From NCBI GenBank assembly GCA_964458565.1, contig CAYWJO010000010.1, positions 20,473 to 84,472 on the forward strand: a stretch of 64,000 bases of DNA, given 5' to 3'. The translations under genes and the position numbers were made by a program. The stretch's first letter is position 1; every line of letters starts with the position of its first letter. Positions 38,673 through 48,870 of this stretch are shown here, piece after piece. The stretch comes from an uncultured archaeon. GTDB lineage: Archaea; Asgardarchaeota; Thorarchaeia; Thorarchaeales; Thorarchaeaceae. Below the pieces are notes generated by a model, which ran no database searches, had not been told where the DNA came from, and saw only the letters and a list, made by a program, of their open reading frames with translations.

Positions 38673-38965
38673 GCGAAAAATTCGATGAAATCCCAATGGC
38701 GGGTAATATTATCAAACCAGGTAATGCTACTGATTACAAGACTGGTGGATGGCGTGCACAACGCCCGATACATAATGATGATACTTGTCTTTGGGTCAAG
38801 AATGGAACATGTGGTCTTTGTTGGATATATTGTCCAGACAATTCAGTGATACTCAAAGAAGAAAATGGTAAGTACATCTATGAGTACGACTATGATTTTT
38901 GTAAGGGGTGCGGCATTTGTGCCAATCAATGCCCAACAAACAGTATCAGAATGGAGAGTGAGTAA
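38669..38965 (+). CDS. porD: POR delta subunit (ferredoxin-like)
   Basis: YKTGGWR..RP, CGLCWIYCP, YDFCKGCGICANQCP. Confidence 0.92.
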   Translation: MSEKFDEIPMAGNIIKPGNATDYKTGGWRAQRPIHNDDTCLWVKNGTCGLCWIYCPDNSVILKEENGKYIYEYDYDFCKGCGICANQCPTNSIRMESE

Positions 38966-38966
38966 T

Positions 38967-40160
38967 GTGACAGTATCAAAAGATAAGATTCATGTTGAAG
39001 GGCTCACAGGTGATGCTGCTATTGCTCACGCATTGAAGCAGTGCGATTTAGATGTACTCGCTGCGTATCCTATTACACCACAGACAATTATCGTGGAAGA
39101 TTTTCAGAAGTTTGCTGCAAATGGAGAAGTACAAACAAAGGTCATTCCTGTTGAGTCTGAACACAGTGCCATGTCGGCTTGTATTGGAGCATCTGCAGTA
39201 GGAGCTCGCGTAGCAACAGCATCAGCATCCGCTGGTCTGGCGCTTATGTGGGAGATTCTTTATTGTGCAGCCTCAATGCGAATGCCAATCGTTTTCACCG
39301 TTGCAAATCGTGCACTCTCTGCGCCTATCAACATCCATAATGATTGGTCAGACACATATGGAGCCCGTGATAGTGGTTTCATTCAGATTTATTGCCAGAG
39401 CGGTCAAGAAGCGTATGACACTACGATAATGGCGTTCAGAATTGCGGAGGATCATAAAGTACTCCTTCCAATTATTGTTGCCATTGATGGATTCATTTTG
39501 AGCCACAATGTTGAACGGATTGAGATGCTACCTGATGATGAAGTTCTAAAATTCGTAGGAGTACGAGACCCCTTCATTTCTTTGGATCCAGATAATCCGA
39601 TAACTATGGGGCCATTAGCTCTAACAGATTACTATTTCGAATTCAAAGAACAGCAGGACAGAGCCATGTATGAAGTGCCTGAAGTCTTTGCGAAAGTCGA
39701 GAAAGAGTTCGAGAAGCTGACTGGTCGCAAATACGGAATGTTTGAGGCCTATAGGACAGAAGACGCTGATATAATTCTCTTCACTCATAGCACACCAGGC
39801 GGTACAGCGAAAGCAGTTGTTGATGTACTGAGAGAGCAGGGAGAAAAAGTCGGTGTTCTACGACTGAGAATGTTTAGACCATTCCCAACCAAGGAGATTG
39901 CTGAAGCTCTGAAGAGTGCCAAGGCAGTGGCTGTGTTTGAAAAGTGCCGTTCATTCGGTGCACCCTCAAATCCGCTTGCTATAGAACTAAGGACCGCACT
40001 CTATGATCTGAAAGAGAAACCAATGATTACGGACTTTGTTATTGGCCTAGGCGGTCGCGACGTCCCACCAACAACACTCGTTGAGGGTTATGAGAAGACA
40101 AAGGAGTACCTGAAGAAAGGAGAATCTCCACTCTACGAAACACTGGGGGTAAGAAAATAA
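38967..40160 (+). CDS. porA: POR alpha subunit
   Basis: AAYPITPQT, VESEHSAMS, ANRALSAPINIH, RMFRPFP; GTG start at 38967. Confidence 0.92.
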   Translation: MTVSKDKIHVEGLTGDAAIAHALKQCDLDVLAAYPITPQTIIVEDFQKFAANGEVQTKVIPVESEHSAMSACIGASAVGARVATASASAGLALMWEILYCAASMRMPIVFTVANRALSAPINIHNDWSDTYGARDSGFIQIYCQSGQEAYDTTIMAFRIAEDHKVLLPIIVAIDGFILSHNVERIEMLPDDEVLKFVGVRDPFISLDPDNPITMGPLALTDYYFEFKEQQDRAMYEVPEVFAKVEKEFEKLTGRKYGMFEAYRTEDADIILFTHSTPGGTAKAVVDVLREQGEKVGVLRLRMFRPFPTKEIAEALKSAKAVAVFEKCRSFGAPSNPLAIELRTALYDLKEKPMITDFVIGLGGRDVPPTTLVEGYEKTKEYLKKGESPLYETLGVRK

Positions 40161-41110
40161 TGGAACCAGCAGCATTCAAACTAACAGAAATGCTTCAGAA
40201 ACAGAAGATACTCTCATCTGGACATCGCATGTGCGCAGGTTGTGCAGCCCCAACAATTGTGAAACTTATGGGAATGGCACTCAGAGGACCTACAATGGTA
40301 TGTGAAGCCACAGGATGTCTTGAGGTTGCTACCACAATCTACCCCTACACAGCATGGGAAATCCCATGGATACATGTCGCTTTCGAGAACGCAGCAGCAG
40401 TTGCTTCAGGTGTCATCGAAGGCATTGAAGCCATGAAGATGAAGGGACGCTACAAGCATGACCACGTCGATGTGATTGCTATCGGAGGCGATGGAGCATC
40501 ATTTGACATTGGACTCGGTGCAATCAGCGGAATGCTTGAGCGAGGACACGATGTCGTATACATGTGTTATGACAATGGTGCCTATCAGAATACTGGAATC
40601 CAGCGCTCAGGTGGTACATTACCGGGCCAAGAAACAACCACTTCCTGGGCGGGTAAATTAGAGCCTGGAAAGAGAGAGCGAAAGAAGCCATTAGCTGAAA
40701 TCGCCGCTGCTCACAGGATACCATATGTAGCAACTGTAGACCCATACCATCATCGAGACTTCATCACTAAGTTCAGAAAGGCACTCGAGGTTGATGGACC
40801 TGCATTCATCCATGCATACTCTCCATGTCCACGTGGATGGAGATCAGACACCTCAAAGAGTATTGAGCTTGCAAAGATGGCTGTTGAATGTGGTATTCAC
40901 CCACTCTACGAAGTCATCGATGGTGAGGAATGGATCATGTCAGGCCCCAGTAAACGTCTAAAAGAGTTGATTCCTCTTGAGGAGTACTGGAAGACACAGG
41001 GTCAGTTCAAGCACCTCTTCAAGCCAGAATGGGAAGAGTTCCGCAAAGGTGTTCAAGAGCAGCTTAACCATGATTGGGAACTTTTGAAGAAGCGTTGTGG
41101 TGTTGAATAA
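40160..41110 (+). CDS. porB: POR beta subunit
   Basis: GHRMCAGC, ATGCLEV, FENAAAVASG, GGDG, YDNGAYQNTG, PCPRGW. Confidence 0.92.
   Translation: MEPAAFKLTEMLQKQKILSSGHRMCAGCAAPTIVKLMGMALRGPTMVCEATGCLEVATTIYPYTAWEIPWIHVAFENAAAVASGVIEGIEAMKMKGRYKHDHVDVIAIGGDGASFDIGLGAISGMLERGHDVVYMCYDNGAYQNTGIQRSGGTLPGQETTTSWAGKLEPGKRERKKPLAEIAAAHRIPYVATVDPYHHRDFITKFRKALEVDGPAFIHAYSPCPRGWRSDTSKSIELAKMAVECGIHPLYEVIDGEEWIMSGPSKRLKELIPLEEYWKTQGQFKHLFKPEWEEFRKGVQEQLNHDWELLKKRCGVE
41045..41110 (+). repeat. Direct repeat copy A (3' end of porB)
   Basis: 52/66 nt identical to 43068-43133. Confidence 0.85.
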
Positions 41111-41122
41111 ATCCACAAACAG

Positions 41123-41159
41123 ACTGAAGCCAAGGTGCTTCAGTTTTTCTTCTTTTTTT
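41123..41159 (+). terminator. Hairpin plus T-rich terminator after the por operon
   Basis: actgaagc-caaggt-gcttcagt followed by ttttcttcttttttt. Confidence 0.7.
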
Positions 41160-41381
41160 ATAAGAACTGTGTCTTAGTATATCATTTGTCAGACATTCAT
41201 ATCGCATTTTTCTCTCAACAAAATAATTAAAAAATTGAAGAAACACTACGTTGGCATTCAACGATTTCTTATTCGCTGGAAGTGTAAGTGTTTTCGTCCG
41301 TTTTCTTCTTTTATTTACAAGATACACATTATCAGCAAGAGTCATATGAAACAATCAAGCACATCACGTGGAGATGCATAT

Positions 41382-42971
41382 ATGATATCAACCCGATTCA
41401 GACTACTGATTGTGGTGGTATTCATACTATTCTCATTTATTGCTTGTCCCCTTAATATTCAAACTGTGAGTTCTTATCAGGTTACACAGGATTGGGACAT
41501 TACAACAGAGTTCAATGGCGCTGAGGTGGTCATCATGAAACAGGATGGCATCTTCGATGGATATAATCTGTTTATGCTTCTGAAAACCAACAGGATCTCA
41601 CTAGAGCGCTATTTCTATCTAATGATTGTTGATATGGAAGGTAACATTGTCCTCAACGAACATGTGGGTGATGGAATATTCATCGCTGACTGCCCTGCTG
41701 AGTTCATCGACCCAAGCACAATTCTAACAGCAACTCCAGATGGTGCAGTTCTCTACAATCTTGTTGATGGAAGCAAGACTCTTCTGAATTTTGAGGGACA
41801 TCATGAACTTGAGTTCAATCCTAATGACAATACCTTCTTTACTTTCCACTACAATCCTGTTGAGATAAATGGAACTGAGTATCTGTATGACCTGATTCAG
41901 GAATTTGACCACAATGGAAATCTTGTCTGGTCCTTTGACACCTCAAACCTAGTTCCCCCGAGTCAATACTGTCCATACGAAGACACACTCATGGAATTAC
42001 CAGACATTACGCACTCCAACACCATATTCTATGACCCTGATAAAGACACAATCCTCTATAATGCACGAAACGTAAATACATTCTATCTCATAGACCATTC
42101 ATCAGGTGATATCATATGGAGTCTAGGGGAATATGGCGATTTCACACTCATCGATCAATATGGTAATGAAAAGGAAACGCTCTTCTATCATGCACACACA
42201 GTCGAACAGGTCGATGAAAATGTCTTCATTCTCTTTGATAATGATCTTCACAACAAGACGGATGAATTCAACTTCATATCACGTGTCATGGAGATTACGG
42301 TAGACACGGATTCAATGACTGCCCACACAAGCTGGGTATATGCTGCTCCACGAGAGTACTACTCATTCATCTTCGGAGATGCAGACCGACTCCCTAATGA
42401 TAATCGTCTAGGTGTCTTTGGATTTCATAATAACGAGCTTCCTTATGGCCCTAGAGTTGTTGAAGTCAATAATGCGGGTGAGAGAGTATGGGAGATGTCA
42501 CTCCTCAATAATGATGACTTCTTCTATGGAATCTATCGTATTGAGAGATTTCGTTACTCGCCAACACTCAACTCCCTTGAGGATATTACTACCACTAGTA
42601 ATCAGAATGTAATATTGGAATGGTCTGCGTGGTATTACTATAGGCCAAAAAGGAACATTATCGGTAATTACACGTTATATCTAGAGGGGGCTCGTTATTC
42701 AACAGGAATGGTGACCTATGACAAGTATTGGCGTTCAGTTGACCTCCAATTTGACTTAGGCATGCTCAGTGAAGGTATACATAATGCTACATTGGTTCTT
42801 GAAGATGCGGTTGGGAAAAAACTCACCAGAAATTCGTTATCAATTGTGGTACAAAATACCCAGTTGCCAACATCTTCCCTGGAGATCCTTTTCTTGGGTC
42901 TGGGAGTTGCCGGAGTTGTAATAATCATTACTTTGTTTCTGCTAACAAGATGGAAATCTATCAAGGATTAG
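41382..42971 (+). CDS. Aryl-sulfate sulfotransferase (ASST)-like secreted, membrane-anchored protein
   Basis: Signal peptide from ATG 41382; GHHEL, DITHSNTI, ARNVN, HAH, LFDN, GDADRLPN; C-terminal TM. Confidence 0.8.
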   Translation: MISTRFRLLIVVVFILFSFIACPLNIQTVSSYQVTQDWDITTEFNGAEVVIMKQDGIFDGYNLFMLLKTNRISLERYFYLMIVDMEGNIVLNEHVGDGIFIADCPAEFIDPSTILTATPDGAVLYNLVDGSKTLLNFEGHHELEFNPNDNTFFTFHYNPVEINGTEYLYDLIQEFDHNGNLVWSFDTSNLVPPSQYCPYEDTLMELPDITHSNTIFYDPDKDTILYNARNVNTFYLIDHSSGDIIWSLGEYGDFTLIDQYGNEKETLFYHAHTVEQVDENVFILFDNDLHNKTDEFNFISRVMEITVDTDSMTAHTSWVYAAPREYYSFIFGDADRLPNDNRLGVFGFHNNELPYGPRVVEVNNAGERVWEMSLLNNDDFFYGIYRIERFRYSPTLNSLEDITTTSNQNVILEWSAWYYYRPKRNIIGNYTLYLEGARYSTGMVTYDKYWRSVDLQFDLGMLSEGIHNATLVLEDAVGKKLTRNSLSIVVQNTQLPTSSLEILFLGLGVAGVVIIITLFLLTRWKSIKD

Positions 42972-43050
42972 TCTTTCTCCGAAATAGAACCAAAGCTACA
43001 ACCAATACAAATCCACCAAGATGTATAACCAACTCAAACTGAATTGATGC
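42961..43050 (-). pseudogene. Remnant C-terminal membrane anchor of a lost surface-protein gene
   Basis: ASIQFELVIHLGGFVLVVALVLFRRKTNP* preceded directly by an in-frame stop. Confidence 0.4.
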
Positions 43051-43067
43051 TCATCTCGCTCTACAGT

Positions 43068-43133
43068 AAAAGTATTCAAGAGCAGCTAAATCACGATTGG
43101 CAACTCTTGAGAAAACGCTGTGGACTCGAATAA
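43068..43133 (+). pseudogene. Orphan diverged copy of the porB 3' end (repeat copy B)
   Basis: KSIQEQLNHDWQLLRKRCGLE* versus porB KGVQEQLNHDWELLKKRCGVE*. Confidence 0.85.
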
Positions 43134-43252
43134 TTCAAGATAAGAATAATAAATGAACATATGCGTGATATCGGAATTAGTGCAATCAACGCAAATGAAT
43201 TAGCAATGAAAATATATCACAGCCGATTTTAAAAGTAGTCCTCTACGCAGAG

Positions 43253-44707
43253 TCATAAAATTGGGAGAAGACTGTGAAGGGCAGAAATCAACCATTCGTA
43301 CGCTGATTGCCCGAAAAGCATTAGAAGTATAAAAGCAGCCCATCCAAAGACTGCATATACGGAAGCAACCCATTTTGAATGTGTCTTAGAGAAGTGCTTT
43401 GCTACGTTCTTTAACTCATCTACCCGGTTCTTATAGTAGAGAATTAAACCATTGTTGGTGATGGATATTATATCATTAGATTCAACAATCAATCCACTTC
43501 TCTTGGCAATCTGCAAATGCTTCCAGATTCCCTTGGACTCAAGATCTTTGAATCCGATAATTGCGTGAACATCAAAGTATCTGAAACCAATGGAAACCCC
43601 TTGAAGAAAGCTCTCATTCAATGCTTCAGGTGTTTTCTCTCCTCTTGCTAGCTGAGCTAATATCCAACTTGTAATAAGATCTTCATACTGAGCTGCAGCA
43701 GCAAGATGAATAGTGTCAACACTGAGGTCATCTCCTGCTTCAATCAGCTCTCTGAGAGCCTCAATACCCTCCAAGATGATTACAGCTGAGATTAGGAGGG
43801 CGACAATCGAGTCAATAATATAAATTCCAAACTCTGCAAAGATAAATCCGATTATGATCCCTAAAGCGATTCGAACATGTGTGCCATCTTCTTTCGCATC
43901 ACTTACAAGGGCGAGATTCCCAGTCATGCGACCTACTGTTGTCTTATACCAGATGAGCAGGTAGTTGAAGCCTATTGATAGTAGTGCTACAAAGTAACCC
44001 CAGAAACTAGGCTCAACTAAAGCAGGGGACACATTAATCACAGTGTTATATAGACTCACAAATGCATTGTATCCAAGCGTGGTTCCAGAAAAGAGCATGA
44101 AGACCATTATAGCAATGGCACCTAATCGGTCTCGCTTATATCTCAGACTTAGAGCGATAATCCCTACAACTATTAGATCGGTGAGATTCTCGAGACCATC
44201 AGTCATCATCGCATGACTCCCAATCGAGGTTCCAATCCAGATTTTCAGGATAATCAAGAAGATAAGGGTAAGGCCAGATGCTATCACTACACTGCGCTCT
44301 GTAAGAAATCGCTTCATCCAATAACCCTCATGCATGATAATCCGACGTCCTTCTCGAAGCATATATCTGCCTCTAGCCGTTACGGATAGGACACCTCCAG
44401 ACTCGTCAAGTAGGGATTCATTCAATCCATGTTGGATGGACTCATCTAAATCAATCGGAGAGATGACCAATCGTCTTAACCTCGTAGCAAACATAGCACC
44501 AAAATGGGAATATAATTCAAGACGTGTTATTATGCCATCATAGACTGCACATAGTATTGCGTATAGAATTGTTTCAGCAGGATCCGCCCGTAGTACCCTG
44601 CTGATTATCTTTGCATGACGAGTTTGTCGTATTTCGGATTCTTGGAATTCAAAGAGTTCATCAAGTGTATCCGGTCTCTCTGTGAAGTAGTCAGATGTCA
44701 TTATCAA
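43253..44707 (-). CDS. Cation diffusion facilitator (CDF) membrane domain flanked by winged-helix-like domains
   Basis: GSHAMMTDGLENLTD, GNLALVSDAKE, IDSIVALLIS; wHTH-like ends LSVTARGR and ISITNNG. Confidence 0.75.
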   Translation of the reverse strand: MIMTSDYFTERPDTLDELFEFQESEIRQTRHAKIISRVLRADPAETILYAILCAVYDGIITRLELYSHFGAMFATRLRRLVISPIDLDESIQHGLNESLLDESGGVLSVTARGRYMLREGRRIIMHEGYWMKRFLTERSVVIASGLTLIFLIILKIWIGTSIGSHAMMTDGLENLTDLIVVGIIALSLRYKRDRLGAIAIMVFMLFSGTTLGYNAFVSLYNTVINVSPALVEPSFWGYFVALLSIGFNYLLIWYKTTVGRMTGNLALVSDAKEDGTHVRIALGIIIGFIFAEFGIYIIDSIVALLISAVIILEGIEALRELIEAGDDLSVDTIHLAAAAQYEDLITSWILAQLARGEKTPEALNESFLQGVSIGFRYFDVHAIIGFKDLESKGIWKHLQIAKRSGLIVESNDIISITNNGLILYYKNRVDELKNVAKHFSKTHSKWVASVYAVFGWAAFILLMLFGQSAYEWLISALHSLLPIL

Positions 44708-44872
44708 CCGTCCCTGTTTATTAGAGATGCTTTCACAAACAAAATGTTAGTCTTGTCTAACTTAGATGTGTCTAACTTTTCCTTTTAACGTTTTTTACTT
44801 CTTCATTATAAGTGATGACCCTAGGTTTGCATTCCTTTTTATCAGAATAAAGGCTTCAAAGGATACTAGGGA

Positions 44873-45721
44873 ATGCAGATGACTGAGGAGAGATTCGAGA
44901 TTACTGTAGAATCAACAATGATTGGTCCCTTGTTTGCAAGAGCATATTATGGAAGATTATACCCCGATATACTTGATGTTCCAGAAGCGGACATTCTTAT
45001 TTCAAAAATAAAGGACATCCATGCTGATTCAAAGAAAGAGTTTATGGCACTTGAAGAGGTTATAGATGAGTTTCTGGGTCTTACTTTGTTGATACGTGCA
45101 AGAATATTTGATGATGCTGTAAGGAAATTTATAGCAACGAACCCAAAATCCACCGTTGTCAATCTTGGATGTGGACTTGAAACTTCATTTTACAGAGTTG
45201 ATAATGGAGAAATTAAATGGTATGATCTTGATTTACCAGATGCCATAGATTACAGACTGGGGTTGATTCCAGAAGGAGAAAGAAATAGATGCATTGCCAA
45301 GTCCGTTTTTGATAGAAGTTGGTTTAACGAAATTGAACATATAGTTGAGTACGGCATCATCTTCATTGTAGGAGGTCTGTTTGTATATTTCGATGAGAAA
45401 GATGTAGCAAATCTCTTGAATGATATGGCAAATTATTTTGCAGGGGGAGAATTGATGTTTGATGCCAGTTCGAAAATTGGTAATGCGATTGTAAACAGAA
45501 GATTGGATGACGTGGGAACAGAAGGAGTCCGTTTCAAACTGGCAATTGGAAATCCAAGAAAACAACTTTCTACATGGTCTACGAGAATCGAGGTGATTGA
45601 ATCATTCCCGATGTTCTCGAGGCTTCCACGAAATCCGAAATGGAGAAGGAAAACACGATATCTCATGAAAATCTCAGATCTGATATCTGCAGCAAAAGTC
45701 ATTCATCTTAGATTTGGTTAG
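44873..45721 (+). CDS. Class I SAM-dependent methyltransferase (LCM/TcmP-like)
   Basis: PLFARA, RARIFDD, VVNLGCGLET, WYDLDLPD, GGLFVYF. Confidence 0.88.
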   Translation: MQMTEERFEITVESTMIGPLFARAYYGRLYPDILDVPEADILISKIKDIHADSKKEFMALEEVIDEFLGLTLLIRARIFDDAVRKFIATNPKSTVVNLGCGLETSFYRVDNGEIKWYDLDLPDAIDYRLGLIPEGERNRCIAKSVFDRSWFNEIEHIVEYGIIFIVGGLFVYFDEKDVANLLNDMANYFAGGELMFDASSKIGNAIVNRRLDDVGTEGVRFKLAIGNPRKQLSTWSTRIEVIESFPMFSRLPRNPKWRRKTRYLMKISDLISAAKVIHLRFG

Positions 45722-45825
45722 GTAATAATTTGCCATGATACAGAAATAAACTGAATCATAGTCAAATATCCACAAAGTATAGAATAAATAGTTGAGAAAT
45801 AACGGAATTTTGGGATTGAGTATAT

Positions 45826-47160
45826 ATGGAACTTGGCAATGGAGAACGCGACACGCCATTAACTCCCTTCGCAATTATGTGGGGAGGTCAAGCAGTTTCC
45901 CTTCTAGGTACAAGAATTGTAAGATTTGCTTTAGTTTGGTATATTACAATTCAAACAGGCTCTGCTACAGTTCTAGCCATTGCGACAATAATGGCACTTT
46001 TACCTCAGGTTCTAGTAGCTCCATTTGCTGGATCTTATGTCGACCGTTGGAATCGAAAACGGACTATGATAATTGCGGACTTTCTAATTGCATGTTCTAT
46101 TTTTGCACTTGCTCTGATGTTCTCAATCGGATTGGCTGAATTATGGCATATCTTTCTGATTATGCTCATTGGATCCACTCTTAGTGCGTTTCATTGGCCT
46201 GCTATGCAAGCATCAACAACACTAATGGTTCCAAGGAAACACCTCTCTAGGGTGGGAGGGATGAATCAGGCACTAAATGGAATGGCTAATATCTTAGCAC
46301 CTCCCCTTGGAGCAGTTCTTTATGCTCTACTACCTATGTCGAGTATTTTACTTGTAGATGTGAGTTCAGCAGCAATCGCGATTCTAGCTGTTTCTGCAAT
46401 AAAAATTCCACAACCTGAACGTAAAGTAGCCATTGAAGAAACATCAGTTCTAGGTGATATGAAAGAGGGATTTATCTACCTGAAGGGATGGAGAGGTGGT
46501 TTCATACTAGTTATAGCAGCGATGATTCTGAATCTTATTTCAACACCTGCATTCGCTCTAATTCCGATACTAGTGAGTAATCACTTCTTGGGGACTGAAA
46601 ATGACCTAGCAATCCTTCAATCTATTGGGGCGGGAGGACTGGTTATAGGAGCAATAGTTTTGATTACTTGGGGAGGAACAGAACGGAGGATACATACTGC
46701 TTTTGGTAGTCTTGTACTTGAAGGAATTGGCATTTTTCTAATGGGATTAGTACAACCTGATGGATTCATCTATGTGATTCTGTTTTACGCCATTGTTAGC
46801 TTTCTAAACCCAATAGTAAATGGTGCGTTGATAGCTATCTTTCAAGAGACAATACCACCCGAAATGCAAGGACGCGTTTTAGCGTTGATCGTTGCAGGAG
46901 CCTCTGCAATGAGTCCTATAGGACTTGCCTTTGCAGGACCTATTGCAGATTTTGCAGGTGTGCCATTCTGGTTTCTTGTTTCAGGAATAGTAACTACATT
47001 CATGGCGATTGTAGCATTCTTTATTCCAGATTTAATGCGTATTGAAGATCGAATGCTAGCTTCAGTAAATACACATATTGAGTTGGATGGTGAAATTTCA
47101 TCTGTTGTGCCTGAAGAAGGTAATCATGAAATTAGAATATATGATGAGTATGATTCGTAA
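45826..47160 (+). CDS. MFS transporter (DHA3/MefA-like)
   Basis: GQAVSLLG, AGSYVDRWNRK, FHWPAMQAS, MQGRV; multiple TM helices. Confidence 0.9.
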   Translation: MELGNGERDTPLTPFAIMWGGQAVSLLGTRIVRFALVWYITIQTGSATVLAIATIMALLPQVLVAPFAGSYVDRWNRKRTMIIADFLIACSIFALALMFSIGLAELWHIFLIMLIGSTLSAFHWPAMQASTTLMVPRKHLSRVGGMNQALNGMANILAPPLGAVLYALLPMSSILLVDVSSAAIAILAVSAIKIPQPERKVAIEETSVLGDMKEGFIYLKGWRGGFILVIAAMILNLISTPAFALIPILVSNHFLGTENDLAILQSIGAGGLVIGAIVLITWGGTERRIHTAFGSLVLEGIGIFLMGLVQPDGFIYVILFYAIVSFLNPIVNGALIAIFQETIPPEMQGRVLALIVAGASAMSPIGLAFAGPIADFAGVPFWFLVSGIVTTFMAIVAFFIPDLMRIEDRMLASVNTHIELDGEISSVVPEEGNHEIRIYDEYDS

Positions 47161-47239
47161 AAAACCGAAGGCATTAATTCTATCGATTCACTCTTAAGAC
47201 CGAACCGCCTATCGTTGCATCTTGGGCTGGTGCATTCAG

Positions 47240-48496
47240 ATGAAGGGAATTATGTACAATCTGAGCATTCCACGAGTCATTCTGAAACGACTCCATCTCG
47301 CACCGAAGTTTGCCATGATTAGGTATCGAGAGGATTGGCCAATTCCATCTATTGAGTTTCCTCGTCAGGTTAAAGTCAAGTCGATAATGACGGGGATTTG
47401 TACTTCAGACTTACATCAAATCAATGTAAATGTTTCAAACTCGATGAGCATCATCGCAAAGAAACAGAAACTCTTTCCATTGGGTCATGAAGCTCTTGGT
47501 GAGATTGTAGAAACAGGAGATGAAATGGACAATCTACAGGTCAATGACAGAGTCGTACATTCACCTGTTGTCAGTTGTAGGTCTTATGGCTTCAAGCTTT
47601 GCCCGAGTTGCCAGAATGGAAACCCACAGACATGTTATGCAATTATTGGTCAAGGAGATGGTTCGCCCTTGGAAACATTTTACGGTGGGCGTGGAAATTT
47701 TGGGGGATTTGGAAGTGGAGGATTCAATGAATACTTTGTTGGCTTCGAACATCAATTCACAAGAGTCCCAGATGGAGTACCTGATCGAATTGCAGTGTTA
47801 TCAGAACCTCTTGCAGTAGCACTTCATGGTGTGGTTAGGAATATGCCTAATGATGATGATGATGTGTTAGTCATAGGAGCTGGCATCATTGGATTGATGA
47901 CCATAGCATCACTAAGAGGAATAGGTTCGAAAGCCAGAATTATCTCCGCAGTGAAATATCCGTTTCAGAGAGATTTTGCGAAAGCAATGGGAGCAGATGA
48001 TGTTGTATTCACAACAAATACAAAAGAGTTCTACAGCCAAATAGCTGAATTGACTGAGGGAGGTCTATTCAAACCCATTCTAGGTAAGAATCTCATTTAT
48101 GGAGATAAAGGTGTTGACATCATCTTCGATACAGTAAGCACGGATTCAACTTTGGATGATGCAATTCGTCTTGTAAGAACGAATGGAAAGATAGTGATTG
48201 TTGGCATGGGCTATGGTGTAACAAAGAAGACAGAGTGGGTACTTCAGGTAATGAAGGAAGTTGAGATTGTTGGCTCTATGATGCACGGTCTCGAAAAAAT
48301 TGGTGACACTCATGTGGATACAATGGAATTAGCACTAAATATTATGAAAAAAGATTCTCGGCCTTTTATTGACTTGGTCACACATGAATATCGCATTGAA
48401 GACTATCAACAGGCATTCATTGATAGTATGAATAAAGGGTCAAATGGTATGGTGAAAGGAGTATTCAATTTTATAGGCTACTCGTTTGATGATTAG
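47240..48496 (+). CDS. Zn-dependent alcohol/polyol dehydrogenase (MDR family)
   Basis: GICTSDLH, LGHE, structural Zn Cys cluster, EPLAVALH, IGAGIIG. Confidence 0.88.
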   Translation: MKGIMYNLSIPRVILKRLHLAPKFAMIRYREDWPIPSIEFPRQVKVKSIMTGICTSDLHQINVNVSNSMSIIAKKQKLFPLGHEALGEIVETGDEMDNLQVNDRVVHSPVVSCRSYGFKLCPSCQNGNPQTCYAIIGQGDGSPLETFYGGRGNFGGFGSGGFNEYFVGFEHQFTRVPDGVPDRIAVLSEPLAVALHGVVRNMPNDDDDVLVIGAGIIGLMTIASLRGIGSKARIISAVKYPFQRDFAKAMGADDVVFTTNTKEFYSQIAELTEGGLFKPILGKNLIYGDKGVDIIFDTVSTDSTLDDAIRLVRTNGKIVIVGMGYGVTKKTEWVLQVMKEVEIVGSMMHGLEKIGDTHVDTMELALNIMKKDSRPFIDLVTHEYRIEDYQQAFIDSMNKGSNGMVKGVFNFIGYSFDD

Positions 48497-48508
48497 TTCA
48501 ATAATCAC

Positions 48509-48748
48509 TCAACATTCCTGAAACATACATGTAGGAAACAGGGCCACTTCTACTATTTGACTTGGTGTTCGTTGGAATGTGTTATATCCGTGAGTGACGA
48601 TAATCAAGACAGCAACAACTATGTACAAAATCATATTGTAATAAACCCCAAAATCAGTCTGGGCGAAGGGAAATATGCTCGGCGATATATTGGTCACTAT
48701 ATGAAATGCAACAGTGGTGAATATGGAACCATTATAACACCACGCCAA
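48509..48748 (-). pseudogene. 3' fragment of a CPBP (CAAX protease-like) membrane metalloprotease gene
   Basis: W.YN.GSIFTTVAFHxxxN motif 4 plus the last TM helix; EExxxR motifs absent. Confidence 0.55.
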
Positions 48749-48870
48749 AATGGGTTACATCCCGTGATACTAATCTAATTCTTAGATTTAACAGAAATTG
48801 TAGTAATACTTCAAAGTGTATAAAGAAACAGGATAGCATTTAAGGGGTAGTTTGACCTAAGAAACTCGCA

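Noticed and set aside
41235-41381. N-terminal extensions given by the ORF track (ASST, porA, trpB2, nadB, third TrmB-like gene)
   Set aside because: Downstream starts fit RBS positions, signal peptides or family N-termini better.
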